A stretch of 64,000 bases of DNA from Eledone cirrhosa. Taxonomy: Eukaryota. Under the pieces are notes generated by a model. It was not told the origin of the DNA. It ran no database searches and saw only the letters and a program-made list of their open reading frames with translations. The stretch spans positions 124,186,001 to 124,250,000 of the forward strand of contig OZ024745.1 of NCBI GenBank assembly GCA_964016885.1. The letters run 5' to 3'. This document shows, in pieces, positions 1-11,397 of the stretch; within the stretch, counting starts at the first letter, position 1; the number at the start of each line of letters is the position of its first letter. The translations under genes and the position numbers were made by a program.

Positions 1-1127
1 TGCCTTGCTCATACAGGAACTGATTTGGCTTGATTTCTACAGCTGGATGCCCTTCCTAACACCAACCTCATTTACAGTGAGTGCTGGGTGCTTTTCCGTG
101 GCGCCTACACGTCCACTTTACAGTGTGGGCTGGGTGCTTTTTTGCCGTGGTACCTCCACGACCACATTGCAGTGGGCGGTGTGGGGGCATATTGTCTATA
201 TGCTTCAGCTTGTACCCATGGGAGGTCGGGTACTCTGTATTACTGCGTGACGCCAGAAGTCACAATCGTGTGTCATTGTCTTTGAGAGGTGTAATTGGGT
301 AAGGTCGGCTTTTATCACCTCATTCCAGGTCATCTTGGGTCTCCCCACTCCGCGGTTTCCATCAACTTCTAGTGCTCTGCACCTTTTTATGCAGCTGTCA
401 TCCTTCATACGCATCACATGTCCATACCAGCGCAACCGCCTCTCCTGCACACAGCATTTGATTCCTCTTATGCTCAGTCTCTCTCTCAATTCATTTATGC
501 TTTGTCGTTCGCGTATATTACTGTTACACATCCATCAGAGCATGCAGGCTTTGTTTCTCTCTAATCTATGTAAGTCTTCCACCTTCAGCGCCAGGTCTCA
601 CTACCATGCAACATCGCTGTTCGGATACACGCATCATACAGTCTGCCTTTCATTCTGAGGGAGAAGCCTTTTGCAGCTAGCAGTAGTAGTTCCCTAAACT
701 TCTTCCATCCCGTTCTTACCCTAGTTATTGTATTTTCTGAACACCCACCTCCGCTGCTAATTCGGTCACCTAGGTAGCAGAAGCTGTCTACTGTTTCTAC
801 AGGGCCCTCCCAGAGATTGGTGGTACTTGTTTCCTGTGGCTGTTTGCTGCTTGCTGTCCCAGCACAGCTGCTGCATGTGAATCCTACATTCTTAATTAAG
901 CTTCCTGAGATCCCGCTACATCTCTTGTGTACCCATTGTTTGCATTTGGGGCAGAGAATGGAGTTCCTACCTACACCTTTCCTACATACTGAGCAAGGTC
1001 ATTTCCCTGAGGGGATCTGGGTTCTGTTTTCTCATCTACTTACAAGGACCTTAGTCTTTGTCATGTTGACTTTGAGACCCTTTCTTTCTAGTCCCTGGTT
1101 CCAAGTTTGGAATTTATTCTCTAGTTC
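1..1127 (-). mobile_element. RTE-clade LINE 3' fragment (family A): PHD-like finger, RT C-terminus and composite 3' tail running off the window edge
   Basis: Minus-strand ORF 205..531 (QERRLRWYGHVMRM...GRPKMTW) is homologous to 14128..14670. Upstream minus-strand sequence reads WVHKRC and YLGD. Confidence 0.9.
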
Positions 1128-1185
1128 TATATATATATATGTATGTGTGTATATGTGTATATATAATATATCTTTATATAATATC

Positions 1186-1484
1186 ATTTCATCATTTCAT
1201 TTTACATCTGCTTTTCCCTGCTTGCAAGGGTGGGATGGGAACTGATTCTGGCTTGATTTCTACAGCTGGATGCCCTTCCTAACACCAACCTCATTTACAG
1301 TGAGTGCTGGGTGCTTTTTTGCCATGGCACCTCCACGACCACTTTCATTTCTACAGCTGAGTAAACTGGAGCAATGTAAAATAAAGTGTCTTGCTCAAGG
1401 TAAGAACACATCACCCGGTCTGAGAATTGAACTCACAACCTTTCGATTGCAAGGCCAATGCTCTAAACTCTAAGCCATGTGCCT
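1186..1484 (-). mobile_element. Composite SINE: tRNA-like head, CORE-like segment, RTE-derived body and tail
   Basis: Minus strand has an A box (TGGCTTAGAG) and B box (GAGTTCAATTC), then CCTTGAGCAAGACAC, the GTTAGGAAGGGCATCC motif and an (AATGA)n tail. Near-identical copy at 16703..17045. Confidence 0.75.
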
Positions 1485-2063
1485 CCATATATGTATTATA
1501 AATCTGTATGAATACATTTGCGTATTTGTGTGGTTATCTGTGAATATATAGAAATAGTTCAGCATATTTGTCACCATATTTTGTGTGTCTATGCCCAATA
1601 CATTATACCACTATATACAAGTCTATAAATGATGATATGAAGATAGACTCACGTCAAAGCAGACAAACAAGTAAATTCTGAGATATATGAAGACAGAATT
1701 ATTTTTTAATAGAATTTTCTTTCTTGAGATTTAGAGAAATATGATATTATTTCACAACTAATGAATAATTTATTTTCATGAAATCTTGTAGCTCCAGGGA
1801 TGGGTTTGTTGTCATGAAATAATCTTGTGGGGAAATTATAAGTAATATTATATTTGTGATAATTATTAGCTGAGGATTTGGGAATTTATATAAATAAGGC
1901 AAATCCTAAAGGTTGACCAATGCAAATAAAAAGCATATTAAATAAGCTTTATATTATCTTATGTTCAGATGATGAAAATAGTGTAATGAAAAAAAGTTAT
2001 TGGATACACTATGTATGTATGTAAGTATGTATGTACACACACATTCACACACATTCACACACA

Positions 2064-2099
<36 letters not shown>

Positions 2100-2114
2100 C
2101 ATGCTTATATATAT

Positions 2115-2425
2115 ATCATTATCATCGTTTAACGTCTATCTTCCATGCTACATGGGTTTAGATGGGAATTGTCCTACTTGAGGCAAGATTGGTCGGGTGA
2201 CCATGTCTCGCTCGTATAGGACTGTCTGGCAGGTTTTCTACGGCTGGATGCCCTTCCTAACACCAACCACGTTTACTGTGTGGACTGGGAGCTTTTTACC
2301 GTGTTACCTACACGGCCACATTACAGCGTGGACTGTGTTTTTTTGTCGTGACACCTACACGACCTCATTTATTTTGGACTTGATGTTGTGGTACCAACAT
2401 AACTTTACAGAGAAAGGGTGGTGTT
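2115..2425 (-). mobile_element. Short non-autonomous RTE-derived element
   Basis: GGATGCCCTTCCTAACACCAACC motif plus RTE-like tail ATCATCGTTTAACGTC. Related copy at 39588..39925. Confidence 0.7.
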
Positions 2426-2465
<40 letters not shown>

Positions 2466-2704
2466 CATGCATATATATATATGTATATATATTCACATGC
2501 ATATATATATATATATATATATAAAATACAATATGTTGACAAGGTAACACACTAAAGAGAGATAGTGTGCCATCAATAAAATAGGGAAAACCACCAGTAT
2601 ATGGAATCTATAATCTATGGGAGGCAGGGTAGACACACAATAATTAAAAATATAAATTAAAAATATAAATTAAAATGTATATACGCACCTCTATAACTTT
2701 ATAA

Positions 2705-2789
2705 TACATGCGTACAAATCCAAAGAGATCTGTTTCACCAGGAAGTTGTTGACTGAAATGGAATAGCCTATGGGTTATCAGCGCGTGCA
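2705..2789 (-). ncRNA. Type I hammerhead motif with G8A core lesion
   Basis: Minus strand: TGCACGCG CTGATAA [CCCATAGG..CCTGGT] GAAA CAGATC-TCTTTG-GATTTG TA CGCATGTA. All three stems can be drawn. Confidence 0.55.
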
Positions 2790-2878
2790 AGAATATACAT
2801 TCCAAACAACTGTAAGAGAATCTAAAGCGACCATCCAGCTACACGCGGCAGAGAGAGTCTATGGCTCCATTAATTTAT

Positions 2879-2923
<45 letters not shown>

Positions 2924-3632
2924 CATGCATATATATATATATATAATAGAGAGAGAGATGGAGTGGACCAATTTCAATTGTTTGATCAATGGATCAGCTT
3001 GCTCCTGAAATTAATATGTGACTGCAAGAGAAATCCACAGACATGCGTTGCCTTAATACAATTCTATGTGAGTTTTAATGTGAATGAGTGTATGACATGG
3101 TTGGCTCTTTGTTCTACAGGCACAGTTCATCCCTAGGTCGTTTTAGCTTATTTCATCTATCAAGTTTTACTCACAGTGGGAGCAAACTTGGAATCTTGTA
3201 ATTGCAAAGTAAACTTCTAAATCTTTTTAGTCATGCTGCACCAACTTTATCTCTTTCTCTCTCTTTCTTTCTCATCTCTCTCCCTCTCTTTCCCCTCTCT
3301 TTCTCTCTCTCTTTCTTCCTCATCTCTTTCTCTCGCTTTCTCTCCCTCTATTCCCCCTCTCTTTCTCTCCCTCTCTGTCCCCCCTCTCTTTCTCTCTCTT
3401 GCTGCAATCATATGTATATTTTCCTATTGTTGCTCATACAAGATAATGAAGGATCAGAACAGCTGACTGACCAAGCACTGTAAGATCCAACAAACCAATA
3501 GCAGTACACATTAAAAAAGACAACAACATATAAGGTTGTGCTCCAGCATGAGTACAGTATAATGACTGTAAGTATAATACAAAAGAGTATAATTTTATTT
3601 TTTACTTCAAAGTAATTGATTTTCTATACTTG

Positions 3633-3854
3633 ACCCTGTAGCATTTAAACCGGCCATAACAAGCCAGAATTCTCTCATCTCTTTCTGTTCAAACTGGCCA
3701 TAACTGGCTGCCCATACTGATGCTAAGCTATTGTTCACAAAATAAATAACATCAAAATTTCATAGATTTGATATTATGTGAGATAATTATGTGAGATAAA
3801 GCCTTTACCACAAAACTACAATACTATATATAGAGTAATGTAAATGCTAAAGGG
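3633..3854 (+). mobile_element. piggyBac-type MITE
   Basis: CCCTGTAGCATT...AATGCTAAAGGG followed by TTAA; homologous to 30513..30733. Confidence 0.7.
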
Positions 3855-4297
3855 TTAATATAATAATTGCACATGCCATTTTCTATTTTATTACCTTGAA
3901 TATGTCCCATCATGCCTCATTATTCCACTTTATACAAATAATTTTTTATAATAATTCCCACCTGAAGTTCAAATTTATGCAATGCTTTGACTCTAAGTGA
4001 ATGGAAAGACTCTTTAAAAGTTAAAAGATAAAAACAGCAACTCATTTTTTTTTCTCCAATTACACACCATTGCCTTAACTCATAACATCTTTACTACATG
4101 AAACCACATTAGGAAGGCCTTTGTAAAAAGTGCAAAACAACTCTTGAACTACATTACATTAAAAATTAATGTCTTTACTCTAATATTTCAAATTCGTTCA
4201 CTAATTTCTTGTCCAATAGTGAAGATAGTATAAACATTTGAATTAACAAACTCCTTATTAGATGTTCTGCTCAATCATTACAGGATGTTATGAGGTA

Positions 4298-4518
4298 ACC
4301 TTTTAGCATTTAAACCGGCTGTATCTGGTCAGAATTCTCTCACCTCTTTCTGTTAAAACCGGCCGTAACCAGCCATTCATATTGATGTTAAGGTATTGTT
4401 CTTAAAATAAATAATATCAAAATCTCATATTATGTGAGATAATTATGTGATGTGAAGCCTTTACCATGAAAATATAATAGTATATATATATATATATAGT
4501 AATGTAAATGCTAAAGGA
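4298..4518 (+). mobile_element. piggyBac-type MITE
   Basis: Same family: CCTTTTAGCATT...AATGCTAAAGGA TTAA. Confidence 0.7.
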
Positions 4519-4628
4519 TTAAACAAGTAAAAATACGTTGTAGCAATGGATATATTATACCTTGTTGGAATGATTTTGGTTATGGAGATGGTCAATGAGG
4601 GAAGAGATGGGTCTGAACAAAAATAAAA

Positions 4629-4851
4629 ACTACTACTACTACTACTACTACTACTACCACTACCACCACCACCACCACCACCACCACCGCCGCTGCTGCT
4701 GCTGCTACTACTACTACTACTACTACCACCACTGCTTCTCCTGCTGCTACTACTACTACTACTACCACTACCACCACCACCACCACCACCACCACCACCA
4801 CCACCACTACTGCTGCTGCTGCTGCTACTACTACTACTACTACTACTACTA
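4629..4851. repeat. Compound trinucleotide microsatellite (TAC/CAC/GCT) with a higher-order duplication
   Basis: The TAC-CAC-GCT-TAC block occurs twice. Confidence 0.95.
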
Positions 4852-5717
4852 AATGAAAGAATCTTATCTAAGACTGCATACATTTTTAGTGGTCCCTTCA
4901 GTCACAATTTGCAAATATGCTTCAAAAGATTTGCAATTGTTTCCATGTGGCCTAACCATTGTGGTTGTTATTTTAGCACAGGCATGCTTGAAGGAGTACT
5001 GCGTAGGAACTGTGAAACCTGTTGTATTGTCAATGGTGACACTGATAGGAAATACAATGATTCCCTTTACCATTTGGAGAGCCTAAATATATATTTCAGC
5101 AATTGCATGTTGGCTTTTTCCCCTCTATGCTTGTTAGTAATATTTTTGAGCTTCTTCTTCTTTTCGTATCTTCGAAGCATGTGGTCATATGAGAGTTTCC
5201 CATTTCTTTACACAGTCCTTTGCATTATTAATAAATTCTGTGAGGACTTTTAAGCTGCACTGGTTGGGTAGTAGAGGGCAAACAAGGTAGTGCTGCATTG
5301 TATGGTCCTCCTCTCCGCCTTCGCAGATGGTTGGGCCAGTCTTGTAGCCCCATCTGGCCATAGCAGCTTTTGATCACCCCATTCCTGTTCTCAGGCGGTT
5401 GAGTGTCTTCCACATGTTTTTTTTTATATAGGTGTATCTCATCTTACCTTTGATTTTATTGACTAGTTGGAAGAATTTATGACAGCTTTTAAAAAGGTTT
5501 TAAAATAGGGAGCAATATTATTTTATATTACTGACTTTTGCATGAACATTGCATAGTGGGTTATATAATACAATGCTTCTTTTGAAATTTTTTCTTTTTG
5601 CCTTTGTTAGATGATATAGATGAGTACTTTATCCCTTCATGGGATTGGCTATATGATAGTATTATCTTTTGTAAACTGCCACCATTGATGCTGATATTGG
5701 AATATAATGCATTTGAA

Positions 5718-5915
5718 GGCACATGCCTGAGTGGTTAGAGAATCGGATTTGCAATTGTGAGGTTGTGTTTTCGATTCCCAGACCAGGCAATGCGTTATGT
5801 CCTTGAGCAAGACACTTTATTTCACGTTGCTCCTTCACCCTGGAGTTGCGACTGATAGATAGTATTAGCAATTGGAAAGATCAATGGAAACATTGTTTCC
5901 TTGGTCCGATTTGAT
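5718..5915 (+). mobile_element. tRNA-derived SINE with CORE-like segment (family 2)
   Basis: TGCCTGAGTGGTTAG...TTCGATTCC...GTCCTTGAGCAAGACAC; paralog at 52103. Confidence 0.75.
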
Positions 5916-5989
5916 GAGCTCCACCCCACTCGTTAATGATGATCTCTTGAATCTTGTCAATTGACTGTCAAATGCATTTGACATTTTGC

Positions 5990-6930
5990 TGGTGGTTATT
6001 GGTACATGCCTGATAACATTCTATGTGTTGTTAAATTTAGTGTGGGCTTATGAAAAATAGCTATTGGATTGTATGCTTTTGACAATAAGGAAGAAATATC
6101 AACATACAATATAGAAGAGGAGTGGGAGTTCCTGAGAGATAATCTACTAAAGGCCACAAATGAGGCATGTGGATGGAGCAGAGACCCAGGAAGTAGGAAT
6201 GACATAGGGGTGGAATAGTAGTGTGAAAGAAACAATTAAGGTAAACAAATAGGCATGGAAATAATAGCAAAATCAGGGATGTAGAAAACTTTATCAAGAG
6301 GCCAGGAGAAAGGCTAAGTGGCAAGTATACTCTGCAAGGAGGGATATATAAAATAATATTTTAATACTAATTACGCAATGTGATGACCAAAAGCATGAGG
6401 TGTTCAGGATCACGAGGCAGTGAGTCAGAAAATTGTGATGTTGGGGGGAAGTGTGTCTGAGATGACAATGGTTCATTTGTTCTCATTGATGCTGAAAAGA
6501 AGACAGCATCGAATTGTCATTATGGGAGACTGATGAATGAGGAGAATGCATGGGAGAAAGATATCCTGTCTCATGTAGACTCAACAGAGAGACCTGCTGT
6601 ACAAGTCAGCAGCAGTGTAGTAGAGTAATCAAGGATATGAAGACAGGCAAAGCAGTTAGGCCATTGAGAATAGTTGCTGAGATTCTGAAAGCATCTGGGA
6701 TGGTAGGACACATCTTAATTATCCATATTGTAAACTAAGTGATATAAAATGATATAACAGCATCAACTGCTACAAGGCAAAGGTGATTCACTAGACAGAG
6801 GAAACTACTGAAGCATCAAATTGATGGACTAGGTCATAAAGGTCACTGTACAACTAATTAGGAATTGTATTAAACTAGATGAGATACAGTTTGGATTTGT
6901 GCCAGGTAAAAGTACTATGGATCCCTTCCA
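5990..6930 (+). pseudogene. Highly decayed RTE LINE internal fragment (tether to RT start)
   Basis: IKDMKTGKAVRPLRIVAEILKASG and LDEIQFGFVPGKSTMD match the 13071 ORF. Confidence 0.8.
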
Positions 6931-6949
6931 TACATTCCCATGTACAAAC

Positions 6950-7240
6950 ACCTCACTCTACACTAGATCTACCTCTCCAATCACCTCCCCACCCCAGCCC
7001 CCAGCCCACACTGTAAAGTGGTCGTTTTGTTGACATGACAAAAAGTGCCCAGCCCACACTGTAACGTGGTTGTATAGGTGTCACAACAAAATGCACCCAG
7101 TACATAATGTAAATGTGGTTGGCATTAGGAAAGCCATATAGCCATAGAAACCAAGCCAAAATCAATTCTGGATGACTAAATCACAATCATCTGATCTGAC
7201 TTGTCTCAAAGGGACAACTTGTCTAACCCATGATAGCAGA
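6950..7240 (+). mobile_element. RTE-derived short element or family A tail
   Basis: Repeated CCCAGCCCACACTGTAAAGTGGTCG units and GGCATTAGGAAAGCCAT. Confidence 0.65.
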
Positions 7241-7259
7241 GAACTTTATTAGAAGCGTA

Positions 7260-7960
7260 TTTGTACAGGTTTTCACTAAACTAGATATAAGTTGTAGTTA
7301 GTGCTAACTAGCATCAGTCTAGCCCAACAGAGAGACATGTTCAGACTCAAGAATCTACTGCCAAAAGCAAATCAGAGCAATTTTCATATAGAATTATTGG
7401 TACTTAATTACACATCAGTTAATTCTAATGTCCCCAGTTGAGGTGAACTACTATTTGGCAAAACCTCAGATCTGTGTAGTTCTCTAAATCTCGGGTGAAA
7501 ATTAATGAGAACTACAGGGATCCTTTGTCCAATCATGCATAAAAATCTGCCAGTTATTATATCAGGCAGACACATGCAAGAACCAGGTTGACAGAAGGGC
7601 TGATTGTTATGGCTTATAGCAAGCAAGACAATAATAGCAAAAGATGGTCACCTGCCAAAGTAATTGTTAGAAAGGATAGTTTATATTTAGTTCAGACTGA
7701 GAAAGAGACAAGTATATCCCAAAACAGAAAAGACCTCTGTTCAATACAAGTATTGTTCATCCCCAAGACAAGATTTTCTATGAGAGAGACATACCAGCCA
7801 TCACAAGAATTCTGACAAGTATGATAAAGTTACAAGTAGAAACCATGACACCAGTACTTCATCCTCAAAATCAATCTTAGAGAGTGCTAAAGATGTTGAT
7901 AAGCAGGTTTTACTAATATCCTCTGACAAACACACTCTGGAAGAATTATCAAAGTCCCTG
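7260..7960 (+). pseudogene. Decayed Gypsy-like LTR retrotransposon pol remnant (integrase C-terminus)
   Basis: FTKLD, ELLFG and WSPAKVIVRKDSLYLVQTEKETSISQNRKDL resemble the Gypsy W..A.V...Y.V.T...RNR..L region. Confidence 0.45.
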
Positions 7961-8659
7961 ATTGATTAAACATATAATATTTTTTAATAATAACCCTATA
8001 CAGATCTAGATGTCTCTATAACATCCAGATGTGCATGCGATGTCATATCAGCATACTACTGTTATAGCAAACTTGATTGATTTATTATTTTGGGAGTATT
8101 GGGGCTAAAATAAAGTACCAGTCATGGACTGGGTCGATTTAATCAACTTTCCCCTACCCCAAAATTGCTGGCTTTATGTCTAAATCAGAAACCATTATTT
8201 TGGGACTATTTAAGAATATTTAACACTGATGCTTACTTAAATCTCTAGCATAATTTGGTAACATAAGTATGTTTTATGTGTATTTCCTTTATATATATAA
8301 TTTACTGCAGTTGTTAATATAAATTAAATTTAGATTGTATGGTACATATACAAAAAGAAGAAAAGATAACCTTATTTGAATGACCAGTAAAATCAGCCAA
8401 TCACAGCACATTGTACTTGTTTCTCCTTATTAGGAGTCCTTGGTTTACTATATAAAACCCAGAGTGATGGGGAGCCATGCTGCATACTAATAAAAACACC
8501 CAGTAATGTAGGTCTGACTTATCAAGTTATTTCAATATATATTTTCTTCTTCTTTGGCCACTTATTCTTGAGAGTGTCATGGAGTCAGAGTCCTCTAACA
8601 CTCCTTCCAGTGGGTCTTGTCAGAAACAACTGTCTCCAGCAGATCTGGTTGGATCCCAT

Positions 8660-8721
<62 letters not shown>

Positions 8722-8726
<5 letters not shown>

Positions 8727-8752
8727 TGGCTGTACCCGATATTGCTCAGAAA
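8722..8752 (-). mobile_element. Possible Helitron 3' terminus
   Basis: TTAGTGGCTGTACCCGATATTGCTCAG next to (TA)n resembles the reverse complement of a subterminal hairpin plus CTAG end. Confidence 0.35.
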
Positions 8753-9149
8753 AGAGGTAGCTCATTAAGTAGACAATTTCTTGGTAAATAATTGCAACTC
8801 TGCATAAATATATTATTTAAAACGCATTTATATTTATTGTGTATGTGCATGCATGGGTGGTCTTGCTTTTGTCCTATACTGTTGTAGTTTGACAAATAGA
8901 GATTGCTATTAAATAATCAATTGAAATAAGTGCTGGCAGTGATATGATTGCTGGAAATCTTTAAGACATTGCCCCTGTATGACTGAAGAGCAGTGAAATT
9001 ACTGAAACCAAATCAGTGAATGATCTGATTCGTTTTTACTGTTATTGTTTATTTATTTGCTGATTGTACATGTATAGGATTAAAATATCACTACAACTCA
9101 TTGTATTTAAACATAAATAGCATGTATGCTAGGTTTTACTTATACTGAC

Positions 9150-9660
9150 ATCTCTCATGGCAAAAACACATCCTAAACATAACTAGAACTGCATGTTACA
9201 GACAGATCCTTCTCTTCATAGACAGGACATATTTCAGGCTCTAACAACTTCTGATGCACAAAAACATTCAGATAAAACCCACAATTGAGTAGTGCTCCCA
9301 CACTTGGGACAATGTTGCTGCCCCACATACATCCTTTACCATATTCAGAAAATAGGTCACTCATCTGATTGACATAAAGTTATTGACAGACATGCTCCAG
9401 CCTCTGGCTCTCATTCCTACCACTGCTACAGTGGTAGTTATCATTACTTTTTGAAGGTAGTTGACCACATGCCACCTTCAGTCAGGCATTCCTGTCACAC
9501 ACATCATTTCTCCTCTCATCACCCATATTATGTCTAACACTCCAGATCTTGTACTAGCCACTACACCCAGTTCTTCCTCCCTAGAACATTACCTCTTTGT
9601 GACTCTTTCCTTCCATATGATTTAAAACAATTTAAACTGAACATCAACCGCTTCAATCTC
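9150..9660 (+). pseudogene. Decayed CR1/Jockey-like LINE 3' fragment
   Basis: QIKPTIE*CSHTWD, FFLPRT and YDLKQFKLNINR resemble the CR1-type RT C-terminus. Confidence 0.55.
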
Positions 9661-10297
9661 ATTTTGGACTCAGAGGACTTGCAAGGGTCATGATCACAGC
9701 CCCTTCCTTCAGAACTAGCAAATAAAATAAAACACATAACACATAACACATCATCATCCATGACCTCATGAAACATCACCACCATCACCATACCACCCTC
9801 ACCACCATCCAACAATGCATGAACATATCAACATAAAATGCATGATCATCACAATATCAACACACCACACACTTCCACCATACCAACCCCACAACAAAAG
9901 TAACAATATCATTGATCTCGACCTTGGATTTAGAAGATGGTCGATTGAACAGGAATTTAGAGGCTAGAAACAGGTAATAATGTAACCCCAATCATGCTAA
10001 TTGATACATCAATCTTCCATAATCAATCGACCATCTAAAACGATTGTAAAACCATGAATTAATTAACTACATATCTTTGACTTTTGTCTTGTTTTCATTG
10101 TTCATACACAAACACGCATGTATATAAACTCAGTAACCTGGGTAGATTCTTCTTTGAGGAAATATTACATGGTGGTCACCTATCACAAGAACTACTGGAC
10201 ACAAAGCCTAATGTCACTGAAATGATCTTTCCAAGGAGACGTTGAGTTTTAACGTTATCGGCCCCACCACAAGCAGGTGGAAAACTTTCTATATATA

Positions 10298-11174
10298 ACA
10301 GTGGAGGTGGGTATTCTGAAAGTACAGAAGCCAGAGTAAGAATCGGATGGAAGAATTTCAGGGAGGTACTACCACTGCTAGCTGCAAAAGGCTTTTCCCT
10401 CAAAATAAAAGGCAGACTGTATGGTGTGTGCATATGAACAACAATGTTACATGGTAGTGAGGCCTGGGCACTGTGTGCAGAAAACTTGTGTAGATTGGAA
10501 AGAAATGAAGCTTGCATGCTCTGATGGATGTGCAATAGTAATATATGAGAATAGCAAAGCATAAATGAACTGAGAGAAACTAGGCATAAGAGGAATCAAA
10601 TGCTGTGTGCAGGAAAGTAGACTGCATTGGTAAGGACACGTGATGTGTATGAAGGATGACAGCAGCATAAAAAGGTGCAGTATGCTCAAAGTCGATGGAA
10701 GCAATGGAGTGAGGGACCCAGGAAAACTTGGGATGAAATGATAAAAGCTGACCTTGTCCAATTGCACCTTTCAAAGGTGATGACACAGGACTTAGATATC
10801 TGGTGCTATGCAGTAATACAGAAGAGCCAACATCCCACGGGCACAGGCCAAAACTGAAGCATATATACACTATGCACCATTCCACCCCACCTTCCCATAC
10901 ATCTCCCATGAGGACAGGCCAAAGTATACGTCCAGTGAAGCCCTGAGCCCACACTGTAAAGTAGTCATGGAGGTGTCACAACAAAAAGCACCCATCACTC
11001 TCTGTAAATGAGATTGGCACTAGGAAGGGCATCCAGCTGTAGAAACCAAACCAGAATCAGTTCCCGTATGTGCAAGACATGGTCACGTGACTTAGCATTG
11101 CCCACAACAGAAGAACTCGTCTAACCCATGGAAGTGTGGAGAAATGTGACATAAAATGGTGATGATGATGATGA
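10298..11174 (+). mobile_element. RTE family A 3' fragment with composite tail and (GAT)n end
   Basis: RVRIGWKNFREVLPLL...LHGSEAW, then a tail homologous to 1..205. Confidence 0.85.
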
Positions 11175-11251
11175 TATATACATATATATATGATCATGAC
11201 ACATATATAGATGATATATGATAGCTGTATGCATATGTGTGTGTATGTGTG

Positions 11252-11282
<31 letters not shown>

Positions 11283-11397
11283 ATGTATGTATATGTGTGT
11301 ATATATGTGTGAGAGTACTCAGAAGCAAGAATGTTTTATATTTTGTTTGTGTTTCCTCTGCAAAAACATACATATTTACATATATACGTATGTAGAT

